A stretch of DNA of 64,000 nucleotides from a virus (lineage: Duplodnaviria > Heunggongvirae > Uroviricota > Caudoviricetes). The translations under genes were made by a program, and so were the position numbers. Below the pieces are notes generated by a model, which had not been told where the DNA came from, ran no database searches, and saw only the letters and a list, made by a program, of their open reading frames with translations. The stretch spans positions 263,353 through 327,352 of IMG/VR virus record IMGVR_UViG_3300042549_004104; one strand, given 5' to 3'. Positions 17,697-27,428 of the stretch are shown piece by piece (position 1 is the stretch's first letter; each line of letters begins with the position of its first letter).

Positions 17697-19505
17697 ATGC
17701 TTATGAAAACAAACCGTGAATTTACATGTAAATATCCAATGGATAAAGACCAACATGTATTTCTGCATGACAACATTTTGAATCATGCTGAATTGATGCT
17801 TACTACAGGCAACCCTCATATGCTGTTAGGTGTTGCAAACACAAATGCAGGCAAGACTTTTGTAATTAGTAACTACTTGATTCCCAGCCTTGTTCGTTTA
17901 CAAATTCCAGGTGTTACATCTTTACGTAATTTTCTAATCATTGCGCCACCGCGTGAAGTACGTGATGACATTTGGGAAACATTAGAAAATTTAGACTATA
18001 AAACTATCGACGGTCTTACTGTTTGCGTCTATGAAGAAAAAGACTTGCTAGATGTAACGAATGGTAAGAAAAGTCTTAAAGGTGATGTTAACGTTTTAGT
18101 TGTCACCAATGCATGGTTCAATAAGAATCACAAGAATATTCACAAAAATTTAAATATTAATTTTGACTGTATTATCAATGACGAAGCACATTATGCAACC
18201 GGTGTGCCTCATCATGATGATATGAAGATTTCTACTGGTGCGAAGAACAATCAAGCAAAGCTGACAACATTTAAAAATCTTGAAGCAATGCGTGAAAATG
18301 GTTCGTTGGTGATTCAGTTTACTGCTACACCTACTGTCAGTCAAACAGGTGTTACCTATCATGGTGGCATGGCTTACTATCAATTACCAGTGATGCCGGT
18401 TGACCCATTGAAGATGCCGTTTGTGCATTTCTTGCCATCAACATTAGACAACAGTTATAGTACTATTTTTTCTTGGTATAAGAATCACGTAAGTGTGATT
18501 ACAGATTTGCAAAATGCAATCACACAAGAAACATGGGACTTAGTTACTGCAAACAGTCCGATTCGCAAGATGATGCCAGCGTGTGCTATTCGGGTTGGTG
18601 CAGTTAATGCAAAAGAGGACCGAGCATGGACTTGGGATGACTTGGAACCTATAGTTCGCAATGATTGTGCAATAGAAAATTGGGACTTAGTTGACTTGAT
18701 TGATACGTTAGAGTATGATGGTGTTTACACTAAAGATACGCTTGATGCAATTAAAATGGCTAATAGTCCTGCAAAAGAAAATCGCCCAACTATGGTTGTT
18801 GTAAAAAATAAATTGCTAATGGGTGCAAACATCCCGCGCTTGGCAGTGTCAGGTGTTGTTCGTAACCCTAGTCAACAATTAGTTGAGAACAATTGGGTTC
18901 AGTTCTATGCACGTACAAGTCGTTTGCCGTACTTCCGTAATCATGAAGATGCACGTAATTACATTTATAGTTTGCCAATTGACTATCAACAAAAATATTT
19001 CTTGTGTTTGTTGTATGTATATATGAGTAGTGCTGTGTGTATTGTATTGGCTGAAAGTGCATTGTTATCTCAAAAAGTTGTCAAGGCATATAGTGACGGT
19101 AAGTGGACGGTTGAAGAAGGACTTGGTTATTTCTTGGATAACTTGAAAACTGGCTATTACAAAACTGAGCAATTTGGAAGCAGTATTCGTTCAAATCGTA
19201 TGTTCGATGACTATATTAAATCTGAGTATTGTACAGGGTGTCCTACTGGAACAAATGGATTACCTAATTGCTTAATGAATCATTATGCAGTTTATTGTCA
19301 AAATTACGGTGACATAGACTTTGAAACATTTTTAACCGGACAATGTAACATGATTGACGGTGAGCATAAAGATGGTAACCGTAACAATAACTCAGTAGAA
19401 AATAGAGTTGGGGTTTGTTCTAATGTTCATCGTATTAAAACTTTTTTACACAAAGACCACTTGACTAGATATGTAAATGGTCAGCCAGCGGTTGACAAAT
19501 TCTAA
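17697..19505 (+). CDS. large protein (602 aa) with a DEAH box; possible SF2-like ATPase or helicase
   Basis: Start taken at the ATG with a GGAG SD (MLMKTNREF). Contains INDEAHYATG. Cys-rich C-terminus (CTGCPTGTNGLPNC). Functional assignment is weak. Confidence 0.5.
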   Translation: MLMKTNREFTCKYPMDKDQHVFLHDNILNHAELMLTTGNPHMLLGVANTNAGKTFVISNYLIPSLVRLQIPGVTSLRNFLIIAPPREVRDDIWETLENLDYKTIDGLTVCVYEEKDLLDVTNGKKSLKGDVNVLVVTNAWFNKNHKNIHKNLNINFDCIINDEAHYATGVPHHDDMKISTGAKNNQAKLTTFKNLEAMRENGSLVIQFTATPTVSQTGVTYHGGMAYYQLPVMPVDPLKMPFVHFLPSTLDNSYSTIFSWYKNHVSVITDLQNAITQETWDLVTANSPIRKMMPACAIRVGAVNAKEDRAWTWDDLEPIVRNDCAIENWDLVDLIDTLEYDGVYTKDTLDAIKMANSPAKENRPTMVVVKNKLLMGANIPRLAVSGVVRNPSQQLVENNWVQFYARTSRLPYFRNHEDARNYIYSLPIDYQQKYFLCLLYVYMSSAVCIVLAESALLSQKVVKAYSDGKWTVEEGLGYFLDNLKTGYYKTEQFGSSIRSNRMFDDYIKSEYCTGCPTGTNGLPNCLMNHYAVYCQNYGDIDFETFLTGQCNMIDGEHKDGNRNNNSVENRVGVCSNVHRIKTFLHKDHLTRYVNGQPAVDKF

Positions 19506-19520
19506 ATATACGTATATAAT
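19492..19520 (+). promoter_or_regulatory. sigma70-type promoter (TTGACA-17-TATAAT) upstream of rnh
   Basis: gTTGACAaattctaaatatacgtaTATAATacacatATG. Confidence 0.6.
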
Positions 19521-19526
19521 ACACAT

Positions 19527-20528
19527 ATGAAATACGCACTCATAGACACTGCAAATACCTTCTTTCGTGCCCGACATGTTGCTAGTTACAACAGCGATAC
19601 ATGGGAGAAGATCGGCATGGCACTACACTTGACACTTGCTAGTGTTAATCAAGCAGTAAGACGCTATGGAATTGACCACGTTGTGTTTTGTTTAGAAGGC
19701 CGTAGCTTCCGCAAAGATATCTACGAGCCCTACAAAAAGAATCGCATTGTTGATGCCATGTCAGTTACTGAGGCTGAAAAAGAAGAAAACGATATGTTTT
19801 GGGATACGTATGAAAAATTCACTACGTACATCAGAGAGAAAACTAACGTTAGCGTACTCAGGCATGAGCGGGCTGAGGCTGACGATTTGATTGCCCGCTT
19901 TATTCACTTACATCCAGATGACACGCATTATATTATTAGCACTGATTCCGATTATGTTCAGCTTATTACTGATAAAGTGTTCCAGTACAATGGAGTCACA
20001 AATGAACTTATCACACTTGACGGATACTTTAAGGATACAGGCAAACCGATATTAGACAAGAAAACTAAAGAACCTAAACTGTTGGAAGATCCAGAATATT
20101 TGCTCTTTAAGAAAATTATTCGCGGTGACGCAGGTGACAACGTATTCACCGCATATCCTAGAGCACCCGAGAAAGGTAGTAAGAATCGTGTAGGTATTCG
20201 TGAGGCATTTGAGGATCGTGACAAGCAAGGCTTTAAATGGAATAATTTCATGTTGCAACGTTGGGTAGACCACAATGGTGTAGAACAGGTTGTACGTGAT
20301 TGTTATTTACGTAATAAAATATTGATTGACTTGAAATCACAACCCGATGAAATCAAACAATTAGTTGATGATGCTATTCGGAATGGTGTTCGCACTACAG
20401 TTACTCCTCAAGTAGGTGTTCATTTAATGAAATTTTGTGGCAAATATGAACTTAATAAAATATCTGAAAATGCTGAGACTTATGCTAAGTGGCTTAATAC
20501 CCCGTATAAAGGGTCGTTGCATGAGTAA
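19527..20528 (+). CDS. rnh: T4 RNase H-like 5'-3' exonuclease / flap endonuclease
   Basis: Collinear blocks with T4 RNase H: ALIDTANTFF, VVFCLEGRSFRKDIYEPYKKNR, AEADDLIARF, YIISTDSDYVQL, KIIRGDAGDNV. Confidence 0.88.
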   Translation: MKYALIDTANTFFRARHVASYNSDTWEKIGMALHLTLASVNQAVRRYGIDHVVFCLEGRSFRKDIYEPYKKNRIVDAMSVTEAEKEENDMFWDTYEKFTTYIREKTNVSVLRHERAEADDLIARFIHLHPDDTHYIISTDSDYVQLITDKVFQYNGVTNELITLDGYFKDTGKPILDKKTKEPKLLEDPEYLLFKKIIRGDAGDNVFTAYPRAPEKGSKNRVGIREAFEDRDKQGFKWNNFMLQRWVDHNGVEQVVRDCYLRNKILIDLKSQPDEIKQLVDDAIRNGVRTTVTPQVGVHLMKFCGKYELNKISENAETYAKWLNTPYKGSLHE

Positions 20529-20751
20529 TATACTAGAAAAACAGTTGTATGCAGGTATCTTAGCAGTATTGAATGACAAAAATAGTTATTACAATAGTTC
20601 TGTAGGTCCTCATCATTCTAAGTTTGAAAAAAATGGTGAACAGGCTGTTATGGATTTTATCAAACAGTTTGCTCCGCTAATGCTTAAAAAACAAAATGAA
20701 GATTTGGATGAACGTGCTAAGAAATTAATGTGGGAAGAGTTGAAAAAATAA
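20521..20751 (+). CDS. hypothetical protein
   Basis: Start taken at an ATG overlapping the rnh stop (ATGAGTAA). Confidence 0.4.
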   Translation: MSNILEKQLYAGILAVLNDKNSYYNSSVGPHHSKFEKNGEQAVMDFIKQFAPLMLKKQNEDLDERAKKLMWEELKK

Positions 20752-20939
20752 TGTCTGATAATCTTTCGTTGTATCAAAAAATTGTTGATTATTATTATGA
20801 TAATATTCATTGGGAGTCTGAGTTGTCAATCAATGACTGGTTGACTAAGGATTATGGTGCATTTTATAATAGATATAGTAAAACATTTTCATTTGAGTCA
20901 GATGCAAAGAAGGCGTGGTTTTTGTTGAGGTGGGCATGA
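20751..20939 (+). CDS. hypothetical protein
   Basis: ORF only. Confidence 0.35.
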   Translation: MSDNLSLYQKIVDYYYDNIHWESELSINDWLTKDYGAFYNRYSKTFSFESDAKKAWFLLRWA

Positions 20940-21289
20940 ATAGACCTAACTTAGAACATGATTTAAAGAACTGTGATTGGATTATTGCTAAAGCAAAAGC
21001 TAATAAATCCTATGCACAAAACATCTATGCGGCATTATGTAATATGGAATGGCAAAAGCGTGAGATCTGGCCTATTCTTAAAGAAGAAACTTGGGGTTGC
21101 ACTTGGCGTTACGCAGGTGGACTTGTAGCGGAACTTCTTGATGAAGGTGATTACCTAGATTGGTACTGTTCTGGTATTAGAGATGAAAGCTCAGGATATG
21201 CACCTGAAGGTGTTGTCACTGACGAGATTGAAGAAGATTTTTTAAAACTTGGCTGGGTGCCAATTCCGTATGAAGATGATGGTATATAA
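20936..21289 (+). CDS. hypothetical acidic protein
   Basis: GAGGTGGG SD precedes the ATG at 20936. Confidence 0.4.
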   Translation: MNRPNLEHDLKNCDWIIAKAKANKSYAQNIYAALCNMEWQKREIWPILKEETWGCTWRYAGGLVAELLDEGDYLDWYCSGIRDESSGYAPEGVVTDEIEEDFLKLGWVPIPYEDDGI

Positions 21290-21430
21290 TGAAACTACTA
21301 CACGATGATTATAATTTAGTTTATGTTTGGGTTGATGATATGAACGAAGATATTGAACTAAGTCCACATTTTGATTATGAAGATGATGCTTTTCAATGGT
21401 TTGAACGAATGAAAAAAGAGGTAACAAAAA

Positions 21431-21658
21431 ATGAACGATGATGAATACGAAAATTTTAAAAACTATACTTTGAACATCAAAGGTCTTGATTGTTTAGATG
21501 AAAAGATGCTCGGTATGCTTATTGACAGCTTAGTAGAGTTTTATATCGACAAGTATGGTATTGATTCATTGGCAGACAGTGAACCAGAAAAACCAGACTT
21601 CCAAGTTGAAAACTTGAATATCGCAAATGATTATTTGAAAAAATTTAAATTACAATGA
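21431..21658 (+). CDS. hypothetical protein
   Basis: ORF only; a 50-aa ORF at 21289-21441 precedes it. Confidence 0.4.
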   Translation: MNDDEYENFKNYTLNIKGLDCLDEKMLGMLIDSLVEFYIDKYGIDSLADSEPEKPDFQVENLNIANDYLKKFKLQ

Positions 21659-22137
21659 GTGAAAAAGAAATCTTTTATAAAAAAGTAGGTCGTAGATACG
21701 TACCCGTGCGTGAATATGATGATAAACTTATGGATGCGTTTCCTAAGGGCGCACATCTTGTAATATGCTATCCCGGTGGACAAAGCACAAGGTATAATGT
21801 AGATCCAGCATACGCTCCTATGATTGCGGCTGGGCGTGTTGCAGAAGATAAGATTAGTGAGGCAATTAGAAAAGCAACTGACTTGCGTCCTGCTAAGAAA
21901 GAAAGAAAATTAACAGAAGAACAACTACGTTGCTGGAAAGCATTGAGCAAAGCGTTCGGAGAAGAGAATCATGCATTAGAATGGCCTAGTGCAAGAGAGG
22001 CTTGTGAAGAAGCAGTTAAAGCAATGAGTGTTGAGGCAGAAAAATTATTATCTGTCCCATCAGTAAGAAAAGCCTACGAACATTTCTTGTTAGTAGCAAA
22101 ATTAACCAAGGATAAAAATGATGAACCTAATCGCTAA
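21655..22137 (+). CDS. hypothetical protein
   Basis: ATGA-coupled ORF. Confidence 0.45.
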   Translation: MSEKEIFYKKVGRRYVPVREYDDKLMDAFPKGAHLVICYPGGQSTRYNVDPAYAPMIAAGRVAEDKISEAIRKATDLRPAKKERKLTEEQLRCWKALSKAFGEENHALEWPSAREACEEAVKAMSVEAEKLLSVPSVRKAYEHFLLVAKLTKDKNDEPNR

Positions 22138-22570
22138 ACCAATTGTAAAGAACCAATACTGGGTAGTCACTGACGGTGACAAAAAAGTAGGTAACGTAAT
22201 TCAAGAAGGTACTGAGTATAAGGTAAAAATTGACAATAAAATTGAAAGTTATACTAGTACTAAACAAATTGAAAAGAAAAAACGTATTCAATTTGAAACT
22301 ATAAAACCTAGCAAAGTTAAAGAGCAAATGCCATCATTTGCAGTATACCCAACTACTTCAAATCGAATTTACAATAGTTATTATGATGTAAAGCGTAAAC
22401 TGCATATCTATACAAAAACTCCAAAAAGTAAATGCTATCATGTTGCGGGATGGTTCGCAATCAAACAAAACGATGGTTTTGTGAATATCTTTTGCCCCAA
22501 ATACATCTTTGTACAACGTTACGAATATCGCGGACCATTTAAGACTGAAAACGATATTACTTTAGACTAA
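22118..22570 (+). CDS. hypothetical protein
   Basis: ORF only. Confidence 0.45.
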   Translation: MMNLIAKPIVKNQYWVVTDGDKKVGNVIQEGTEYKVKIDNKIESYTSTKQIEKKKRIQFETIKPSKVKEQMPSFAVYPTTSNRIYNSYYDVKRKLHIYTKTPKSKCYHVAGWFAIKQNDGFVNIFCPKYIFVQRYEYRGPFKTENDITLD

Positions 22571-22577
22571 ATACTAT

Positions 22578-22766
22578 ATGAGCCAAATTAAAAAGTTTAT
22601 TGATAGAGTTGCTAATGCAGAAGGACGTCAGATGCGTGAATTTCTAATGCCTATATCTGACGCCAAAGAACTACGTGACGAGATTATGAAACTAGTTTTA
22701 GACAAGAAAGACCAGACAAATAGCACAGAACCTATTCAAGTTGTTATGAGTGGTGGTAAATGGTAA
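22578..22766 (+). CDS. hypothetical protein
   Basis: ORF only. Confidence 0.4.
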   Translation: MSQIKKFIDRVANAEGRQMREFLMPISDAKELRDEIMKLVLDKKDQTNSTEPIQVVMSGGKW

Positions 22767-22770
22767 ACTA

Positions 22771-23064
22771 ATGAGTAGAACACAAGCCAAAGTTATTATA
22801 GAACTTGTTGATAAAAAAACATACAAATGCGACCAAATTGTAGAGGCTGCTGGTATATGGGCTGTGTTTTATGACGGACAACCAATCAATCTAAAAAGTC
22901 AACATTACCTTGACAGTAACATAGTTCCTAAATATAAAAAGACCAGTTTTAGTAATCCTGGCCATGCTAGAAACTTATGCCGCAAATTAAACACACAATT
23001 TAAGACAGATAAATTTTCAGTAGTGTTTATGAATAATGGTACAAAAGTGTACCCGGATGAATAA
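22771..23064 (+). CDS. hypothetical protein
   Basis: ATG just after the upstream stop. Confidence 0.4.
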   Translation: MSRTQAKVIIELVDKKTYKCDQIVEAAGIWAVFYDGQPINLKSQHYLDSNIVPKYKKTSFSNPGHARNLCRKLNTQFKTDKFSVVFMNNGTKVYPDE

Positions 23065-23464
23065 ATTAAAAGTCGTGATAACCGAAGCAGTATGTAAGCA
23101 ATTGCCATTTATTACGACTTCGGAAAATTGGAACTTTGACGATGCTATTAAAAGATGGTGGGTTACAGGAGCCAGTAGTGAAGTATTACGATTAACTGAT
23201 ACAGGAGACATGTGTTTCCAACTAGCAGAAATAGAATGTTATAAATATGACTTCATGCCTAAAATGCCGGTACAAGGTAGTTACTATAATTACATGTCAA
23301 CATTAGGTAAAAAAATCAAATGTCCTTATTACTTAGGGGTAAATAAAATTGACGATGAAAGAAAAAAACCATATATAAAATTATATGATAGTAAAATTGC
23401 TATGATGGTAAGTTTGTATGGTGACATAGATAGTTATTTAAAATCAGTAAAGGTAAAAAAATGA
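23057..23464 (+). CDS. hypothetical protein
   Basis: ATGA overlap with the upstream gene. Confidence 0.4.
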   Translation: MNKLKVVITEAVCKQLPFITTSENWNFDDAIKRWWVTGASSEVLRLTDTGDMCFQLAEIECYKYDFMPKMPVQGSYYNYMSTLGKKIKCPYYLGVNKIDDERKKPYIKLYDSKIAMMVSLYGDIDSYLKSVKVKK

Positions 23465-23656
23465 CAGAAGAAAAGAAAAGTAATAACCCATTTATCAATA
23501 TGGCCAATGATGCTAAAAAAGCAAACAACATCACAAAGCAATATGGTAAAGCACCTAAACAACAGGGTCCAAAACCTAATACAAAAGGTTTTGGTGGTGC
23601 AAGCGTAGTAAGACGAACAGGCCGGGGCGGCTGATAAATAATTAAAAGGAAACATC

Positions 23657-23842
23657 ATGAAAAAACTAGCATATATTCTACTAACTTCATTTGCATTAAT
23701 TTTCACAAGTTATGCGGCTGAACCAATCAAGTCACCAAATGGCATGAAACTTGCTAAGAAGAAAGACCATAGCAAGGACAAGAAGGCTAAAAAACCAGAA
23801 AAATCAGCTAAAAAAGAACAAAAAGAACAGAAATCAAAGTAA
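23657..23842 (+). CDS. secreted small Lys-rich protein
   Basis: N-terminal signal peptide (MKKLAYILLTSFALIFTSYAA) followed by a KKDHSKDKKAKKPEK tail. Confidence 0.5.
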   Translation: MKKLAYILLTSFALIFTSYAAEPIKSPNGMKLAKKKDHSKDKKAKKPEKSAKKEQKEQKSK

Positions 23843-23913
23843 CTGATAAATAAATTAGCAGTTTCGGGGTCTGTCACAAAACCCGAATTTAAACACACAC
23901 ATAGGAGAATAAA

Positions 23914-24189
23914 ATGTTTAATACAATCACACATACTGCCATCGATGCAGTTCAAACAGGTAAAAAGCAAATCGTTAGCTCAGTCGTAAAACACGAAACT
24001 CTTGCTAACACAATCAACAAATTTGTAGATGCAGAAACAGCATACACCAAAGCATTGTTTGACAACACTGTCAATACAGTCACTGGTTTCTATTCTTTGT
24101 TGACTAGTAAAGATTTTGCTAAAGAAGTTACTGAAACTTTTGTTCCTTCTTTTACAAGCACAAAAGCCGCAAGCAAAAAAACTAATTAA
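23914..24189 (+). CDS. hypothetical protein
   Basis: Strong AGGAGA SD. Confidence 0.45.
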   Translation: MFNTITHTAIDAVQTGKKQIVSSVVKHETLANTINKFVDAETAYTKALFDNTVNTVTGFYSLLTSKDFAKEVTETFVPSFTSTKAASKKTN

Positions 24190-24368
24190 TTTATGTGGAT
24201 CCTCAAACAAATTGAGAAATGCTTTAGTAAATTTAGTAACAGTTATTCAAGCAGACTAGAAGAATACATCGTCAGTCGCAATCCACAGAGCGAGGCTGAC
24301 GTTGAACGTCTTACTATTGAATTTCACCGACGAATGTCCTACTATTAGTATCCAAATAAATACTAATT

Positions 24369-24950
24369 ATGACATTAGTTTATATCCACGGTGCAAGTGC
24401 TACTGGTGAAAGTTTTAATCATATTCGTGAACATTTAGGTGGTAACGACATTGTAGTTAATTACGACAGTAGGAACGGTTTTGAAAACAATCTAAAAACT
24501 ATGACTGAACAATTAGCATCAGTTAATAAAATGTTTTTTATTGGTCATAGTTTGGGTGGAATATATGCTATTCACTTAGCCAATTCATTACCCAAGCAAA
24601 CACTTGGTGCAGTAACACTTAGCACTCCTTACGGTGGGGCTGAGGTTGCTGATTATGCTAAGTATTTTCTACCATTCAGCAGATTGATGAAAGATATTGG
24701 ACCAAGTAGTTGGGCAATGAAACGGGCAAATCGAATTAAGATACAGCATCCATGGACTAATGTAGTAACTGTAAAAGGACAAAGTCCTTTTATGGTTCAG
24801 CCTAATGATGGGGTAGTAACTATTGCAAGTCAAAAACACCATGATGATATGGAATTGATTGAAATAGATTACAATCATTATGAGGTGGTTCTTAGTGAAA
24901 AAGTCATTAATATTATTAAAGACCGAATTAAAAAGATCCAAAATAATTGA
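24369..24950 (+). CDS. alpha/beta-hydrolase (lipase/esterase-like)
   Basis: FIGHSLGG nucleophile elbow (GxSxG); N-terminal YIHGA. Confidence 0.65.
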   Translation: MTLVYIHGASATGESFNHIREHLGGNDIVVNYDSRNGFENNLKTMTEQLASVNKMFFIGHSLGGIYAIHLANSLPKQTLGAVTLSTPYGGAEVADYAKYFLPFSRLMKDIGPSSWAMKRANRIKIQHPWTNVVTVKGQSPFMVQPNDGVVTIASQKHHDDMELIEIDYNHYEVVLSEKVINIIKDRIKKIQNN

Positions 24951-25025
24951 TAGTGTATCATAACAATGATATACTTCAATCGTGTTCACGGTGAACACAA
25001 CAGACATACACACAAGGAGAAAATT

Positions 25026-25295
25026 ATGTCAGATTTTACACCAAAACTTCCAGAAGTTAAGTTTAACAAAAATGGTTACGAGATTCGCAGTGACGTTCTA
25101 GCAATGGCTAAGGATATTGTCATGCAAGACTATAACCTTAAGGTTGCGGGTTGGCAATTGACTACCCAAAAGGATGAAAAGACCGGACAACTTGTTAGCA
25201 CCGTAGCAATGCCCGAGTTTCCCGGAATGGAAAAGATTTTAGAAGCCGCTGAAAAGATGTACGGTTTTGTTAATCAAAGCACTACTAAAAAGTAA
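25026..25295 (+). CDS. hypothetical protein
   Basis: AAGGAGA SD. Followed by an intrinsic terminator. Confidence 0.5.
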   Translation: MSDFTPKLPEVKFNKNGYEIRSDVLAMAKDIVMQDYNLKVAGWQLTTQKDEKTGQLVSTVAMPEFPGMEKILEAAEKMYGFVNQSTTKK

Positions 25296-25314
25296 TACTT
25301 TTAGTTCTCAAAAA

Positions 25315-25340
25315 GGCTCCGCTAGTCGGGGCTTTTTTTT
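25315..25340 (+). terminator. rho-independent terminator
   Basis: ggctccg-ctagt-cggggc stem followed by T8. Confidence 0.75.
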
Positions 25341-25349
25341 GCCCAAAAT

Positions 25350-25378
25350 TTGACAATAAATGGATACTCTGCTATACT
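25350..25378 (+). promoter_or_regulatory. early-type sigma70 promoter, cassette copy 1 (TTGACA-17-TATACT), leader class A
   Basis: tTTGACAataaatggatactctgcTATACT, then the leader gtattgattaattaaaggagct. Confidence 0.7.
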
Positions 25379-25408
25379 ACGTGTATTGATTAATTAAAGG
25401 AGCTTGCA

Positions 25409-25681
25409 ATGACCCAAGTTTATGATGCACTGACAGACAAACAAAAACGTGAAATTCGCATGTATGGCGTTACCGAAGCCGAGATGAAAGAGGCTGTAGA
25501 ACAAAGTATTACTTTTCGTCATAGTGGTCCTGCTATGATGGCAGCTAGTCTGATGAGTGATTGTCAGGAAATGATTGCTTACGACAACGGTGGTTCTTAC
25601 GATTTCATGGTTATCGAAGATGTTCGCCAAGCACTGAATCGTGCTAAGTGGATCCTCTTTGAGTACTGTGACCAAAAGTAA
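25409..25681 (+). CDS. small early-cassette protein
   Basis: Driven by promoter copy 1; AAGGAG SD. Confidence 0.55.
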   Translation: MTQVYDALTDKQKREIRMYGVTEAEMKEAVEQSITFRHSGPAMMAASLMSDCQEMIAYDNGGSYDFMVIEDVRQALNRAKWILFEYCDQK

Positions 25682-25705
25682 TACTTTATGTTACATACCC
25701 AAAAT

Positions 25706-25734
25706 TTGACAATAAATCGTTTTGGGTATATAAT
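25706..25734 (+). promoter_or_regulatory. early-type sigma70 promoter, cassette copy 2 (TTGACAATAAAT..GGGTATATAAT), leader class A
   Basis: Near-identical to copies 1 and 6, including the downstream leader cttgtattgattgattaaaggagct. Confidence 0.75.
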
Positions 25735-25764
25735 ACTTGTATTGATTGATTAAAGGAGCTAGTT

Positions 25765-26001
25765 ATGAAGGTAAAACTTTTTGTTACAGGTAGTCAGAAT
25801 TACATGTATTTCAAAAACAAACTTCCTACTAGGCGTTGGGATTACTGTGAGACACCCCGTACAGTGACCATTATCCAAGATCCGGTCAACGTCTATCAAG
25901 ACGGTGAGTATGGTTTTGTGAAGGTTTTTGGTCGTAAGATTTTTGTCAAATGTGACGGAAGTCATTGGGAAATTGTTGGTGCTGAGAAATCCAAAACTTG
26001 A
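25765..26001 (+). CDS. small early-cassette protein
   Basis: Driven by promoter copy 2. Its stop codon lies inside the -35 box of copy 3. Confidence 0.55.
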   Translation: MKVKLFVTGSQNYMYFKNKLPTRRWDYCETPRTVTIIQDPVNVYQDGEYGFVKVFGRKIFVKCDGSHWEIVGAEKSKT

Positions 26002-26026
26002 CAATAAATCAGTTTGGGTATATAAT
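25998..26026 (+). promoter_or_regulatory. early-type sigma70 promoter, cassette copy 3, leader class B
   Basis: cTTGACAataaatcagtttgggtaTATAATag, then the leader ctcttagacagtaaagaaaaggaaacaaaATG. Confidence 0.75.
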
Positions 26027-26058
26027 AGACTCTTAGACAGTAAAGAAAAGGAAACAAA

Positions 26059-26436
26059 ATGTCAAACGAATTCAAATCTTGGGAACAAATGTCTGAGTTA
26101 GAGCAGGCCCAATGTACATATTGGGATATGTACAAGGATGCGTATGGCGTTCGTCCTCGAGGCGTTGACACTTCTAGTTGGACTTTGGAACAGTTTGAAG
26201 CAGAGTTTGCTTCACTGGCTACTGCTATTGAACAAGAAGATGCCCAGCGCAAAACTGCTGAGGCAGAAGCCATCACTAAGTTTGAACAGCATGTGACCAA
26301 CATTACATGCATGGGTGCCCGCAATCGTGAGACCGCACTTAAGTGGATTATGGATGCTAGCAACGCCAATGGCGACTGGGAGTACTTTTGTTTTACTCAG
26401 GGTTTGCCTTATAATTACTTCAGAAAAGCAGCCTAA
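26059..26436 (+). CDS. acidic early-cassette protein (125 aa)
   Basis: Driven by promoter copy 3. Rich in D/E/Q with aromatic patches. Confidence 0.6.
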   Translation: MSNEFKSWEQMSELEQAQCTYWDMYKDAYGVRPRGVDTSSWTLEQFEAEFASLATAIEQEDAQRKTAEAEAITKFEQHVTNITCMGARNRETALKWIMDASNANGDWEYFCFTQGLPYNYFRKAA

Positions 26437-26438
26437 GG

Positions 26439-26467
26439 TTGACAATAAATGGATTTGGGTATATAAT
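26439..26467 (+). promoter_or_regulatory. early-type sigma70 promoter, cassette copy 4, leader class B
   Basis: gTTGACAataaatggatttgggtaTATAATag with the same leader as copies 3 and 7. Confidence 0.75.
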
Positions 26468-26499
26468 AGAATCTTAAACAGTAAAGAAAAGGAAACAAA

Positions 26500-26772
26500 A
26501 TGTCTGCACTAGTTGAATACACATTGGAATTGTACAAATCTGACAAACGTGTTAAAGGCGGTAAGCGTCTTGTTACCAAACAAGAATTTGCCCCAGTCAC
26601 TAAAGCCTACATCAAGGCTGTGATTGAATCAAAAACTAAGTTGGGTTTTATTGTGGAAGCACATGAGACTTTTGTTACCAAACGCAACATGATGACTGGT
26701 AAGACATACCAAGAGCGTTATGATACCCCGTATTTCTGCTCACCCTCTAGCGAAACTTTTTGGAGCATGTAA
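26500..26772 (+). CDS. small early-cassette protein
   Basis: Driven by promoter copy 4. Confidence 0.55.
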   Translation: MSALVEYTLELYKSDKRVKGGKRLVTKQEFAPVTKAYIKAVIESKTKLGFIVEAHETFVTKRNMMTGKTYQERYDTPYFCSPSSETFWSM

Positions 26773-27428
26773 TGCCTAAATATCAAAAGCCTGTACTAAA
26801 TTTTAATGCTGATGATGTTTGGTCCGCGGCTTGTCAGGCCCAACGAGTCAATGGTGCGTATGTTAAACTGAGTGTGTTGTCCGAATCTGATCCTAGTATG
26901 GATCGAAAATCTAATCGCCAATTGGTAGAATCATTATTGTCAGACACTACACAAATTACCGACGAAAATCGTGAACAGGGTAAAAAGGTTCGTAAGTACT
27001 ATCAAGCATTCACTTTCAAAATTCTTAAAGGAATTAAATTAAGTGAATTTGATAACACTGCAATGCTTATTAGTAATCGTGATGTTATTAATGATAACTA
27101 TGATGTTGCCGTTATTGCTAGTCTACCTAGTTGTTACGAGCGTGGTGTAAAGCGTGATAATGTTGACCAAAGAGTTAAGTTTGCTACCGGTGGATACATA
27201 GGTAATATTAGTGACAAGGTTACAGTAACTATTGAGGTACTGAAAACTGTTTACAGCCAAAAGTGGAATACAAATTATTTTACAGGTATCACAAGTGATG
27301 ACCAAGTAGTATTTTTTGCATACAACGGTACCGGTAAGCTAGATATTGGTGACACCTATACAATTCAGGGTACTGTTAAATCACACCGTGACAACAGTAC
27401 TCAACTGAATCGGGTAAAGTTTATTTGA
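26772..27428 (+). CDS. hypothetical protein (218 aa)
   Basis: ATG overlapping the upstream stop (TAATG). Confidence 0.5.
   Translation: MPKYQKPVLNFNADDVWSAACQAQRVNGAYVKLSVLSESDPSMDRKSNRQLVESLLSDTTQITDENREQGKKVRKYYQAFTFKILKGIKLSEFDNTAMLISNRDVINDNYDVAVIASLPSCYERGVKRDNVDQRVKFATGGYIGNISDKVTVTIEVLKTVYSQKWNTNYFTGITSDDQVVFFAYNGTGKLDIGDTYTIQGTVKSHRDNSTQLNRVKFI

Noticed and set aside
25350-26470. CRISPR-like array suggested by regularly spaced near-identical ~30-nt repeats
   Set aside because: The repeats are canonical sigma70 promoters (TTGACA-17-TATAAT) with conserved leaders. The 'spacers' are 300-450 nt and contain ORFs with SD sequences. No cas genes are present.
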